This document shows, piece by piece, positions 48,269 through 57,389 of a stretch of 64,000 nucleotides of DNA. Position 1 is the stretch's first letter. Each line of letters starts with the position of its first letter. Origin of the DNA: a bacterium (GTDB lineage: Bacteria > SAR324 > XYD2-FULL-50-16 > G965216635); contig OZ244188.1 in NCBI GenBank assembly GCA_965216635.1, positions 576,001 to 640,000 on the forward strand, written 5' to 3'. The notes under the pieces were generated by a model, which had not been told where the DNA came from, made no database searches, and saw nothing but the letters and a program-made list of their open reading frames with translations. A program made the translations under genes and the position numbers.

Positions 48269-49573
48269 CTAAAAGAAGCGCCAGATGAAATTTATTCTAA
48301 AGGCAGCTGGGTTTTTTATTTCCACTGATTTTGTGGTTGTGGTTTTGTAATCGCTTCTGGTTTGGGTTCGCTTTACGGTGACTCTTCTGTATCCTTGGCT
48401 ATGCCCAGAAGAAGCATTATAAGCGTGAATATTGGCAGCAAACCCAGTAGTGTCATACCCTGTAGTAGTAAAAAATCCCAATACTCTGGTATCTGTTTGG
48501 ACTGGTTTAAATACTTCTACTATATCTTCTTGCACGGAAATATCGGCTGAGATAAGCATATAGCTCGCTTCTACAAAAAGATTTTTCCAGATAGGGTACT
48601 GGTAGCTCAAGCTATAAACATTCGCTCTTTGTGAATAGGGTCCAGCACTAGAATCTAGCTTAACATTCGCCACTCCTATTCCCGCCGAAAAACCCTTAGC
48701 TATAAAATACTCTATCAAAAGCACTTGGGAATCTAGCTTGTCTGATCCAGCTGCCCAAGAGAAGTTTGAAAGAGAATATCTATAGTCACCGTCTCTGTAG
48801 CCCACTTGAAGTCCATTGCCCGCTAGAGCTTTTCCTGTGCTGGTTTCTGAAGAGCCAGCAGTATAAGATAGATCTTCTGAAAATTTTTTTCGCAATCCAG
48901 CAAAGGCTTTTTCGCAGTCGTCGTCTGCAATAGGACTTGAGGAGATAGCACTGTTAGAAATACTCCGTAAAGTTATACCTTCAGCTAACTCTCGTTGTAT
49001 TCCGTTTAGTCTAAAACGAGCAGATTTAAAACCATCATTAACATCATAAATAGCGTCTGTTGAGTCGCTTCTATCTTCCGCCAAATAGAATATTTCCGTG
49101 AATTGCTTAATACGATCGGTTGCAGTGCCCGCGCAAAGCTCTATTGCTACATTTTGCGATGCTTCAAGGAGAAGATAACTGGGGTCATTGCCATCGGCAG
49201 TCAAATCACCCACCGTAACTTCTCCTCCTCCTGTGCTTACTACAGTTGTTTTGGTTTCTATCTTGTTCGCCCCAAAAATCAGAGGATTAACTCCTACAAA
49301 CCAACCCTTTTGGGATGCTATCTCTGGAGCTTCCTGTGCTCGCAGACTGCCTACAAATAGCAAACTCAACAAAATCGCACCTAACAATAGAACCCTATTC
49401 CATTGGAAACCCCACCCGAAGCCCCCTTGGAATCCTCCATTGGAAGCCCCATTAGAAGCATTTGACACTATTTTTAGCGTCTTTTTTAATTCTCTTATCT
49501 TAATATATTTATTGTTTAGATTTAGAATTAGGATTAAAAAACAAATTTTATCAAAATAACAAAAATAAATCAA
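48269..49573 (-). CDS. Putative outer-membrane beta-barrel surface protein with inserted domains; start uncertain (GTG 49468 possible)
   Basis: GWFVGVNP, WAAGSDKLDSQVLL and IKNPAAFRINFIWRFF are shared with 4593-6032; terminal Phe. Confidence 0.7.
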   Translation of the reverse strand: MIYFCYFDKICFLILILNLNNKYIKIRELKKTLKIVSNASNGASNGGFQGGFGWGFQWNRVLLLGAILLSLLFVGSLRAQEAPEIASQKGWFVGVNPLIFGANKIETKTTVVSTGGGEVTVGDLTADGNDPSYLLLEASQNVAIELCAGTATDRIKQFTEIFYLAEDRSDSTDAIYDVNDGFKSARFRLNGIQRELAEGITLRSISNSAISSSPIADDDCEKAFAGLRKKFSEDLSYTAGSSETSTGKALAGNGLQVGYRDGDYRYSLSNFSWAAGSDKLDSQVLLIEYFIAKGFSAGIGVANVKLDSSAGPYSQRANVYSLSYQYPIWKNLFVEASYMLISADISVQEDIVEVFKPVQTDTRVLGFFTTTGYDTTGFAANIHAYNASSGHSQGYRRVTVKRTQTRSDYKTTTTKSVEIKNPAAFRINFIWRFF

Positions 49574-49905
49574 GGGTTGTCAGAATAGAAATTCTCTTTT
49601 TCTATTTCTGTTGTGTTTTGATTATTATCATTTATTTCTGTTGTTTTTTGCGGATTTTCTATTTTATGTAATTTGTATAAAAAATCGGTGCGTCTATTGA
49701 TTGCTGCTGTTTCTCTTTTTACTTCTTTTATTAAAATTTGATTCTCTTTTATAAGTTGCTTTAGATCAATGTTAGTTTCAAGTTGAACTTCTTGAAAATC
49801 GTTTTTATTATCTACCCAAGTAAAAGCAAACCACATTAAATTTAAAAAAACTGAAGCTCCAGCGAGTACTCCTACTACAATGCCTATTTTTTTTAATATT
49901 TCCAT
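49570..49905 (-). CDS. Small membrane-anchored coiled-coil protein, copy A (111 aa)
   Basis: N-terminal TM helix, heptad region; one of three tandem copies. Confidence 0.75.
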   Translation of the reverse strand: MEILKKIGIVVGVLAGASVFLNLMWFAFTWVDNKNDFQEVQLETNIDLKQLIKENQILIKEVKRETAAINRRTDFLYKLHKIENPQKTTEINDNNQNTTEIEKENFYSDNP

Positions 49906-49969
49906 AGTGCCTTGTTTTTTATTTAGCTTAAAATTAAAAATAAAATTTTATCAAAATAACAAAAATAAA

Positions 49970-50368
49970 TCAAGGGTTGTCAGAATAGAAATTCTCTTTT
50001 TCTATTTCTGTTGTTTTTTGATTATTATCATTTATTTCTGTTGTTTTTTGCGGATTTTCTATTTTATGTAATTTGTATAAAAAATCGGTGCGTCTATTGA
50101 TTGCTGCTGTTTCTCTTTTTACTTCTTTTATAAGTTGTTTTAGATCAATGCTAGTCTTTTGCCCTTCTTTTATAAGTTGTTTAATATCAATGATAGTCTT
50201 TTGCTCTTCTTTTATAAGTTGTTTTAGATCAATGTTAGTCTCAAGTTGAACTTCTTGAAAATCGTTTTTATTATCTACCCAAGTAAAAGCAAACCACATT
50301 AAATTTAAAAAAACTGAAGCTCCAGCGAGTACTCCTACTACAATGCCTATTTTTTTTAATATTTCCAT
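49970..50368 (-). CDS. Small membrane-anchored coiled-coil protein, copy B (132 aa)
   Basis: As copy A, with extra heptads. Confidence 0.75.
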   Translation of the reverse strand: MEILKKIGIVVGVLAGASVFLNLMWFAFTWVDNKNDFQEVQLETNIDLKQLIKEEQKTIIDIKQLIKEGQKTSIDLKQLIKEVKRETAAINRRTDFLYKLHKIENPQKTTEINDNNQKTTEIEKENFYSDNP

Positions 50369-50432
50369 AATGTCTTGTTTTTTATTTAGCTTAAAATTAA
50401 AAATAAAATTTTATCAAAATAACAAAAATAAA

Positions 50433-50810
50433 TCAAGGGTTGTCAGAATAAAAATTCTCTTTTTCTATTTCTGTTGTTTTTTGATTATTATCATTTATTT
50501 TTGTTGTTTTTTGCGGATTTTCTATTTTATGTAATTTGTATAAAAAATCGGTGCGTCTATTGATTGCTGCTGTTTCTCGTTCTACTTTTTTTATTAAAAT
50601 TTGATTCTCTTTTATAAGTTGTTTTAGATCAATGTTAATCTCTTGCCCTTCTTTTATAAGTTGTTTTAGATCAATGTTAGTCTCAAGTTGAACTTCTTGA
50701 AAATCGTTTTTATTATCTACCCAAGTAAAAACAAACCACATTAAATTTAAAAAAACTGAAGCTCCAGCGAGTACTCCCACTACAATGCCTATTTTTTTTA
50801 ATATTTCCAT
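50433..50810 (-). CDS. Small membrane-anchored coiled-coil protein, copy C (125 aa)
   Basis: As copy A, with extra heptads. Confidence 0.75.
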   Translation of the reverse strand: MEILKKIGIVVGVLAGASVFLNLMWFVFTWVDNKNDFQEVQLETNIDLKQLIKEGQEINIDLKQLIKENQILIKKVERETAAINRRTDFLYKLHKIENPQKTTKINDNNQKTTEIEKENFYSDNP

Positions 50811-50838
50811 AGTGCCTTGTTTTTTATTTAGACGAAAA

Positions 50839-50978
50839 TAGACCTTTGACTTTGCGTTCTGTTTAGCCTATGCAGCGTTGTAAATTTTTTTTAACTCTTG
50901 AAATACTTGAGTATTCCTGCGAGCTAAAAAAAATTTTCGCCTTGCCTAGCCGTCACATAACGCAAATTCAAAGATCTA
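50839..50978 (+). repeat. Canonical 140-bp palindromic element (A1)
   Basis: TAGACCTTTG...CAAAGATCTA; matches 41581-41720. Confidence 0.92.
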
Positions 50979-51007
50979 TTAAAATTAAAAACTAAAATCA
51001 ATTAAAT

Positions 51008-51211
51008 ACTATAGCAGAAAAGAGAACAAGTCAATTTTTTTTTTGCTCTCTTTTTGGCTATATTATAGCAGAAAAGAAAACAAGTCAATTTTTTTTGGCT
51101 GTCGTGGTCTTATTTTGGCTGTCTTATTTGGCTATATTATAAGTATAGCAGAAAAGAAAACAAGTCAATTTTTTTTTGGCTGTCGCGGTCTTATTTGGCT
51201 GTCTTATTTGG
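51008..51211 (-). repeat. Three copies of a promoter-like motif interleaved with GTCTTATTTGGC repeats
   Basis: TATAGCAGAAAAGARAACAAGTCAATTTTTT near 51008, 51062 and 51142. Confidence 0.8.
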
Positions 51212-52325
51212 CGACCCATAGCAAAGGATCTACAGATTTTCCGCCATTTCTTACTGCAAAATAGAGCAAATGCTTGTCTCCTGTATAGGATAAAACAGAG
51301 GCTATTTTTTGCTGTGTGGTGACGGTATCTCCTTTTTTCACTGTCACATTATGTAGCCTACCGTAGATAGAAAAATTAGCCTTTCCGTGATCTAAAATAA
51401 TTAAGTAGTTATAACGGATGACTTTATCTGCAAAAACTACCTTTCCACTGGTTACAGCGCGGACAGATTCGTTTGCGTTGGTTTCTATCAAAACTCCTTT
51501 TTTATGGTAAAAAGAAATTTTTTCATTTTGTTTCCCGAAAGGTTGAAAAATTTTACCTCTCACGGGTAGTTTTTTATTTTTCGTGTTAAAAACAGGCTTA
51601 GAACTAGATCTCTTTCCATAGTCGTCAATATTTTTTTCAATCCCTGCAAAAATTTTCTGATTTTTTTTCTGCTGTTTTTCTACTTCTTTCAAAAACAGTT
51701 GGTATTGCTCTTTTTCAAAGAGAAATTTTTGAGTGGTAATTTCTAGCTGTTTTTTTTGTTGTTGTAAGTGGTTTTTTGCTAGTTGGAGTTTGTGTAATTG
51801 TTTTTTTCTTAATTCCGCTTTTTGAGATAGGTCTTCGCTAATTGAAATTTCTTCTGCAAGTAACAGAGTAATAATTTCTTTGTTTCTGGAGTAGTTTTTA
51901 AAATAATCTAAAGTAGGCAAAAAAGAAGATTGTTTTATTTTTTCTAAAAGATAAGTATGAAAAAATTTTTGATAAATTTGTTCTAAAATTTTATCTAGTT
52001 CTTCTTTGAGACTGGCTAAATCTTTTTCTTTTTTTTTTAGATCTTTTTGGGTCGTAGAAATTTCTAATTCTATAGCTCTGATGAGGCGGTGAGATTTTTT
52101 AATGTCTCTTTCCAGTGAGGTTAAAACAGAATAAATATTTTTTTTTTGCTTCTGAGAAGATTGACGTGTCCACGAAATATAATCTTTAAGTTTTTTAGAA
52201 GAATTTTGAGCCTGAGTCGGGTGTTCTAAATTAATAAAAAGAAAAACAAAAATGATTGAGGTTTTTTTCAATCCACTAGAACTTTTTCTCCACTTAGCTG
52301 GTAATTTCAATTTTTTGAATAACAT
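51204..52325 (-). CDS. Coiled-coil + M23 domain murein hydrolase activator (EnvC-like)
   Basis: Long coiled coil; LPVRG, IILDHG, V.KGD.V, LYFAVR..GKSVDP; follows ftsEX. Confidence 0.85.
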   Translation of the reverse strand: MLFKKLKLPAKWRKSSSGLKKTSIIFVFLFINLEHPTQAQNSSKKLKDYISWTRQSSQKQKKNIYSVLTSLERDIKKSHRLIRAIELEISTTQKDLKKKEKDLASLKEELDKILEQIYQKFFHTYLLEKIKQSSFLPTLDYFKNYSRNKEIITLLLAEEISISEDLSQKAELRKKQLHKLQLAKNHLQQQKKQLEITTQKFLFEKEQYQLFLKEVEKQQKKNQKIFAGIEKNIDDYGKRSSSKPVFNTKNKKLPVRGKIFQPFGKQNEKISFYHKKGVLIETNANESVRAVTSGKVVFADKVIRYNYLIILDHGKANFSIYGRLHNVTVKKGDTVTTQQKIASVLSYTGDKHLLYFAVRNGGKSVDPLLWVAK

Positions 52326-53361
52326 TGTAGATGGCAGACCATGAGCTAATTAACCCAATGAAAACTAGAGTTAAAAAAGAATACAATAAAAAATCTGGTT
52401 TAAAAAAAACAGCTACTTCTCCCACAAACGACGAACCTGCGGGTGCTGAATCTGCCCCAAATAAATTTGCCCCAAATAAATTTGCCCAAGAAAAATTTGC
52501 CCAAGAAAAATCCGCCCCAAATAAATTTGCCCAAGAAAAATTTGCTAAAGAAAAATCCGCCCCAAATAAATTTTCCCAAGAAAAATTTGCTAAAGATAAA
52601 TCTGCCAAAGATAAACTTTCACTCGCTCCTAGAAAGGTAACAGTGAATAAAAATATCACATAAACGACTAAAGCCCCCAATAGACATCCTAGTGTAGTGA
52701 TTAAAAAACCATTAAACATAAAAGGAGTATAGATAAAACGTGCGGTTGCCCCTAAAATCAATAAAACTTCAATTTCTTTTTTTAGATTAAAAAAGACAAC
52801 TTGGATGCTATGATTGACGATATAAAAAACACTAGTCGCTAATAGCAACAAAAAAAAACCTCCTAGGATACGGATGACGAAAAACAAAATCTCTATTTGA
52901 GAGGAAGAATCTAAACCTGATATAAGATTATAGGTGTGGGTGTTATTTTTTAATTCTTGTATGAATTTTTTTGATTCTGTCTTATTTGTTTTCAGAGTAA
53001 ATTCAATTACATACGGAAATTTATTGAGTTCTAAAGATAGTAAATCTGTATTGATTTTATCAAATGCTTCTAAAAGCTCTTTTTTTGCTTGAGTGGGAGT
53101 TACTTTTTCAGCATTGATAATATTGAAATTTTTTTTAATTTCTCGGTAAAGTTTGTCTACTTCTGTTTCAGAGGTGTTCTGTTTTAGTATCAAACTGTAG
53201 TTTGATACTTCAAAAATATGGTCCAAAATTTTGATACTATTGCTGTAAAGTAGAGAAAAGCATCCGAGTATAGTAATCAATATTGTGATGGGCAGGATGC
53301 CTCCGAAAAGAGTAGATTTGTTGGTTGAAAATATGTGCCACCACTGTTTTAAACTACCCAT
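52294..53361 (-). CDS. ftsX: Cell division permease FtsX with a 60-aa pentapeptide-like insertion
   Basis: Four TM helices; KEIEVL.ILGAT.RFI..PF; follows ftsE. Confidence 0.85.
   Translation of the reverse strand: MGSLKQWWHIFSTNKSTLFGGILPITILITILGCFSLLYSNSIKILDHIFEVSNYSLILKQNTSETEVDKLYREIKKNFNIINAEKVTPTQAKKELLEAFDKINTDLLSLELNKFPYVIEFTLKTNKTESKKFIQELKNNTHTYNLISGLDSSSQIEILFFVIRILGGFFLLLLATSVFYIVNHSIQVVFFNLKKEIEVLLILGATARFIYTPFMFNGFLITTLGCLLGALVVYVIFLFTVTFLGASESLSLADLSLANFSWENLFGADFSLANFSWANLFGADFSWANFSWANLFGANLFGADSAPAGSSFVGEVAVFFKPDFLLYSFLTLVFIGLISSWSAIYNVIQKIEITS
52441..52620 (-). repeat. 12 x 15-bp in-frame repeat inside ftsX
   Basis: Encodes ESLSL ADLSL ANFSW ENLFG ADFSL ANFSW ANLFG ADFSW ANFSW ANLFG ANLFG ADSAP. 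Confidence 0.92.
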
Positions 53362-54040
53362 GTTGCACTTTTTTAATAGATTGATTTTGAATTAAAAAAA
53401 TTTTTGCTTGCCGCGAGCTAATCAAAGCTAAATCGTGAGTTGCGATTAAGACTGTAGTTCCTTTATCACAAAGCAAATACAAGAGATTTAAAACTTTTTG
53501 AGAAGCCTCGTTGTCTAGGTTAGCCGTAGGCTCATCTGCCAAAATAATAGCGGGGTTGACAATGGCTGCTCTTGCTAAGGCTACCAATTGTTTTTCTCCA
53601 CCAGAAAGGCTGTGCACATTTTGTTTTAACAAATGCACAATGCCACAACTTTCAGCCGTTTTTTTGGTTGCTAGATTGATTTTTTTTTTGGACAAACCTT
53701 GAATATATAAGGGTAATTGGACATTCCTAGCAACTGTTTGATTTTCTAGCAAACGGTAGTCTTGAAAAATAAAACCTATATTTCTTCTTAAAAACGAGGT
53801 AGACATTTTTGTCTTGCCCGAAAAATTTACCGCTAGACCTGCTGGCGAACCCAGTGTAATACTACCACAATCGGCTCTCTCTAGGTGGTGAATGATTTTT
53901 AAAAAGGTAGATTTTCCAGAGCCCGATTTTCCTGTTAAAAAAGCGAAATCTCCTTTTTCTAGTGATAGGTGAACATTTTGAAATAGAGGCTCTTTGCCTC
54001 CAAAGCTCTTCGTTATTCCACTAACTTCTATGGAGGTCAT
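53354..54040 (-). CDS. ftsE: Cell division ATP-binding protein FtsE
   Basis: GKSGSGKST, IFQDYRLL, LSGGE.Q, LADEPT.NLD, IATHD. Confidence 0.9.
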   Translation of the reverse strand: MTSIEVSGITKSFGGKEPLFQNVHLSLEKGDFAFLTGKSGSGKSTFLKIIHHLERADCGSITLGSPAGLAVNFSGKTKMSTSFLRRNIGFIFQDYRLLENQTVARNVQLPLYIQGLSKKKINLATKKTAESCGIVHLLKQNVHSLSGGEKQLVALARAAIVNPAIILADEPTANLDNEASQKVLNLLYLLCDKGTTVLIATHDLALISSRQAKIFLIQNQSIKKVQHG

Positions 54041-54654
54041 AGTATTCCTTTAGAAGAAAGTATTTGGTTGCCGCTTATTCTAGTAGCTTGTTTGATGCTA
54101 TGAGCAAAGCCTTTGAATAGAGATTCTACGCAGTGGTGATCGTTTCCACCGTAAAGTAATTCTTGGTGCAGAGTCATTGCGCTGTGAAAGCTGAGAGAAT
54201 GAAAAAAATGTGACAACATTTCTAGGGGAAAATCTCCTACATACTGTCCTTTAAAGTTTGCTTTGAAAATATGATAAAATCTACCGCATAAATCTAAACT
54301 CGTACGAGAGAGACTTTCATCCATCGGCAGATAGGTTGTTGCATAACGCACAATACCTTTTTTATCACCTAAGGCTTGGCACAAGGCTTGTCCTAAAACT
54401 ATACCAATATCTTCTATGGAGTGATGAGAATCTACTTTTAAATCTCCTTTGCAAGCAATTTTTAAATCTAGCTCACCGTGAAAAGCGAGTAATTCTAGCA
54501 TGTGATTCAAAAAACCTATACCTGTGTCTACGGTATAGTTTCTGGCTCCATCTAGATTTAAAGTAAGTTCTATTTCTGTTTCTTTGCTTATTCTTTTGAT
54601 TGTGGCTGTTCTCATCTTGGTTGTAGTTGTTTTTTCCATAGCTCTTTTTTTCAA
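54037..54654 (-). CDS. hisB: Imidazoleglycerol-phosphate dehydratase
   Basis: TGIGFL.HML, DSHHSIED, PMDE, NDHH.VES.FK, SSKG.L. Confidence 0.95.
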   Translation of the reverse strand: MKKRAMEKTTTTKMRTATIKRISKETEIELTLNLDGARNYTVDTGIGFLNHMLELLAFHGELDLKIACKGDLKVDSHHSIEDIGIVLGQALCQALGDKKGIVRYATTYLPMDESLSRTSLDLCGRFYHIFKANFKGQYVGDFPLEMLSHFFHSLSFHSAMTLHQELLYGGNDHHCVESLFKGFAHSIKQATRISGNQILSSKGIL

Positions 54655-54742
54655 TTAATATTGAAAGGGAACTACTGCTGGTATACTAAACTAGCAAAAT
54701 CAATGCAAGAAATGAAGAGAGAGGGGAGTAGGGAGGAATAGC

Positions 54743-54778
54743 GGTTAGTTTTTTTATTGTGAAATAAAAAAACTAACC
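54743..54778. terminator. Perfect 16-bp hairpin downstream of the small barrel gene
   Basis: GGTTAGTTTTTTTATT-GTGA-AATAAAAAAACTAACC. Confidence 0.55.
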
Positions 54779-54800
54779 CATATATTAAGAATCTAAAACT

Positions 54801-55397
54801 CTAAAAGCGGTAGGTTAAATCTATAAATAAAGTAGCTATTCCAATACCGAAATCAGATTTAACATCCCCTGCAGAGGTAGTGTTACTATAGCCGAAACCA
54901 GATAACAAATAACCCAAACCTACTTGAAATGACTCGCTGATATTCCAATCATAACCTAGGTTATAACCAAAAGCACTTCCAGATTCTGAAAAACCAGTGT
55001 TATTATTTTCTATAGTTCCTGTTCCAAAACCAACTCCTAGATAAAATCCAGAATTAAAGACATAATTAGCTATAACAAGCGAATTTTTTATTTTTATGCC
55101 ATCAAAATCATCTTTAAGATTCCAAGTGAGATTATTGTAAGAAACTCTCCAGTTTGGAAAATTATAACCTACTTTCAATCCCAATCCGCTACCAAAACTT
55201 TCAGTTTCTGTGTTTGAATGCTGATTAGTTCCAGTAGAAGTAAAAGTACAACCCATACAAATTGACTCCTCTACAACAGCAAAATTACCAGAATGAAACG
55301 GAGAAACGCCAACAAAAACTCCTTTTTTTTGTTGAGCCGAAAGCAAAGAAAATCCTAAAACTAATAGGATAGGTATAAGTATGATTGTTTTTTTCAT
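54801..55397 (-). CDS. Small 8-stranded outer-membrane beta-barrel protein (start at ATG 55397, not 55535)
   Basis: Signal peptide MKKTII...LSA; GVFVGVSP, GLKVGYNF, YLGVG.G, terminal LTYRF. The upstream ORF extension lies inside a repeat. Confidence 0.8.
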   Translation of the reverse strand: MKKTIILIPILLVLGFSLLSAQQKKGVFVGVSPFHSGNFAVVEESICMGCTFTSTGTNQHSNTETESFGSGLGLKVGYNFPNWRVSYNNLTWNLKDDFDGIKIKNSLVIANYVFNSGFYLGVGFGTGTIENNNTGFSESGSAFGYNLGYDWNISESFQVGLGYLLSGFGYSNTTSAGDVKSDFGIGIATLFIDLTYRF

Positions 55398-55423
55398 AAT
55401 TATTTTTTGATTAAAGTTAATAA

Positions 55424-55664
55424 GAGACCTTTGAATTTGTGTTATGTGACGGCTAGGCAAGGCGAAAAAAATTTTTAGCTCGTAGGAATACTCAAGTATT
55501 TCAAGGGCAAATTTTTTTTTAATGCCGTAGTGCAATGCATTGCAAAACTTAAAGCTAACACAATATAGACTGCAAAAGAGCCGCTGGCTCTTTTGCTAAA
55601 GTCTGTATTGGCGTAAAAGCAATAAGCTTGCTTTGACTAAACAGAACGCAAATTCAAAGGTCTA
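55424..55664 (-). repeat. Palindromic element (A1) with nested hairpin module
   Basis: GAGACCTTTGAATTTG...CAAATTCAAAGGTCTA; GCAAAAGAGCC-GCT-GGCTCTTTTGC. Confidence 0.88.
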
Positions 55665-55665
55665 T

Positions 55666-55924
55666 AATAGTTGAAATCAACTAAAAAAATTAAATAACTT
55701 TATTTTACTTAAATGTCAAGAGAAAAATCAGCCCTGCTAATAAAAATACAGAAAAATTCTTTTTCAATAGATTGATTTTGAATTAAAAAATTTTTTGCTT
55801 GCCATAAACTAATCAAAGCTAAATAGTTGAAATCAACTAAAAAAATTAAATAACTTTATTTTACTTAAATGTCAAGAGAAAAATCAGCCCTGCTAATAAA
55901 AATACAGAAAAATTCTTTTTCAAT
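55666..55924. repeat. 103-bp direct repeat (55666-55768 and 55822-55924) separated by an ftsE-derived fragment
   Basis: The two copies appear identical; the spacer matches 53375-53433. Confidence 0.88.
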
Positions 55925-56081
55925 GGCGTAGTGCCACAATAATGGGATCAGGGCACTACAAAACTTAACGTTCAGCAAGAGTGAAATGTGAAACAGCCAG
56001 TGGCTGTTTCACAAATAGCCTGTCTGAAGTTTTAAGCAATAAGCTTGGTTTGGTTAAACAGAATGCAAATTCAAAGGTCTA
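55921..56081 (-). repeat. Half element with nested modules
   Basis: Reverse complement of ~41760-41885; its CACAATAATGGGATCAGG insert is shared with the 1229 copy. Confidence 0.85.
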
Positions 56082-57374
56082 TTATATTTTTATGAAATCT
56101 CTTAAAGCATACCACCAACTACCCAAAACAGAATAGGCTACGCGGAACTTTCTTCCACCGGGAAAAGGAAGCCAAGGAAGGTTGCTAAAGAAGAAATAGC
56201 GGCTAGTATTTCCAGTGATTGCTTCGCTTAAAATTTTCCCAAAAAAATGAGACGATGCAAGTCCGTGTCCGCTGTAGCCGTGAGCGAAGTAGGTGTTTTC
56301 ACCTATCTTGCCCATTTGCGGAAAACGAGAAAAGGCAATCCCCATATTTCCACTCCAAGTGTAGTCTATTTTAATTCCTTTTAGCTGTGGAAAAACCTTT
56401 TCTATATTGGGTCTTAATTTCGCTTCAATATCTCTGGGTGTAGTTCCTCCATAAAGAACACCTCCGCCAAAAAGTAGGCGATAGTCTTGGGAAATACGGT
56501 AATAGTCTAAAATATACCTTTGGTCAGATATACAAGCGTCGCTGGGAATAAGTTGTTTAGCAAATTCTTTACCTAGCGGCTCCGTTGCTACCATTTGTGT
56601 AGATGCTGACAAGATACGGTGTTTTAGTTTGGGAACAATATCCAAATAACCGTTGCCACAAAGTAGTAATTTTTTACACCTTACTTCACCTTTATTTGTT
56701 TTTACAAGAGGCATTTTTTCTTTGGTGTTGATACTTATAGCAGGAGAATTTTCATAAATCACTCCCCCTGATTTTTCTAAAGCAGCAGCTTCCCCCAATA
56801 CAAGATTGAGCGGGTGTAAATGTCCCGCATTTAAATCTAATAAACCACCGCAATAAACATCAGAATCTAAATACTCTTTTAATGTTTTTTTATCTAATAA
56901 TTGGCTTTCTATACCATATTTTTGCATTAACTGATATTCTTGTTTGAGCCCTTTCAGCTGCCTTGAATTATAGGCTACATAAATATTTTTAGGTTTAAAG
57001 TCACATTTGATGCGGTGTTTTTTTATTAGTTGGTGGACAATACTCACGCCTTCGTGGGCAAGTCTGCCGATGTAATCGGCTCTTTTACGCCCGAAAAGAC
57101 GCATTGCTGTTTGATGACTTCCTATGAAATTTAAAAGATGTCCTCCGTTTCTACCTGAAGCTCCCCAACCTACGCTAACTCCTTCTAATACAATGGGGTT
57201 ATAGCCTTTTTCTGCTAAAAAAAGAGCAGTTGAAATTCCTGTATAACCCGCTCCTATAATACAAACATCGGCTTCGTGATAACCTTGCAAGCTTTTTCTT
57301 TTGGGGGCTGGATTGGCAGTTGTTTGGTAGTAGCTCAAGGAGTTAGGGATATTTTCAAAATAGGGTTTTTTCAT
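56082..57374 (-). CDS. puuB: FAD-dependent oxidoreductase, gamma-glutamylputrescine oxidase-like
   Basis: DVCIIGAGYTG, GWGASGRNGG, GHLHPLNL.LGEA, LDYYR, LLFGGG, GYSGHG, PFPGG. Confidence 0.82.
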   Translation of the reverse strand: MKKPYFENIPNSLSYYQTTANPAPKRKSLQGYHEADVCIIGAGYTGISTALFLAEKGYNPIVLEGVSVGWGASGRNGGHLLNFIGSHQTAMRLFGRKRADYIGRLAHEGVSIVHQLIKKHRIKCDFKPKNIYVAYNSRQLKGLKQEYQLMQKYGIESQLLDKKTLKEYLDSDVYCGGLLDLNAGHLHPLNLVLGEAAALEKSGGVIYENSPAISINTKEKMPLVKTNKGEVRCKKLLLCGNGYLDIVPKLKHRILSASTQMVATEPLGKEFAKQLIPSDACISDQRYILDYYRISQDYRLLFGGGVLYGGTTPRDIEAKLRPNIEKVFPQLKGIKIDYTWSGNMGIAFSRFPQMGKIGENTYFAHGYSGHGLASSHFFGKILSEAITGNTSRYFFFSNLPWLPFPGGRKFRVAYSVLGSWWYALRDFIKI

Positions 57375-57389
57375 TTTTTTAGGGGTAGC

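Noticed and set aside
49570..50810. Diversity-generating retroelement TR/VR pair
   Set aside because: Differences are module indels rather than adenine-specific substitutions, and there is no reverse transcriptase.
55398..55535. 46-aa N-terminal extension of the small barrel ORF
   Set aside because: It lies mostly within a palindromic element; a clean signal peptide starts at ATG 55397.
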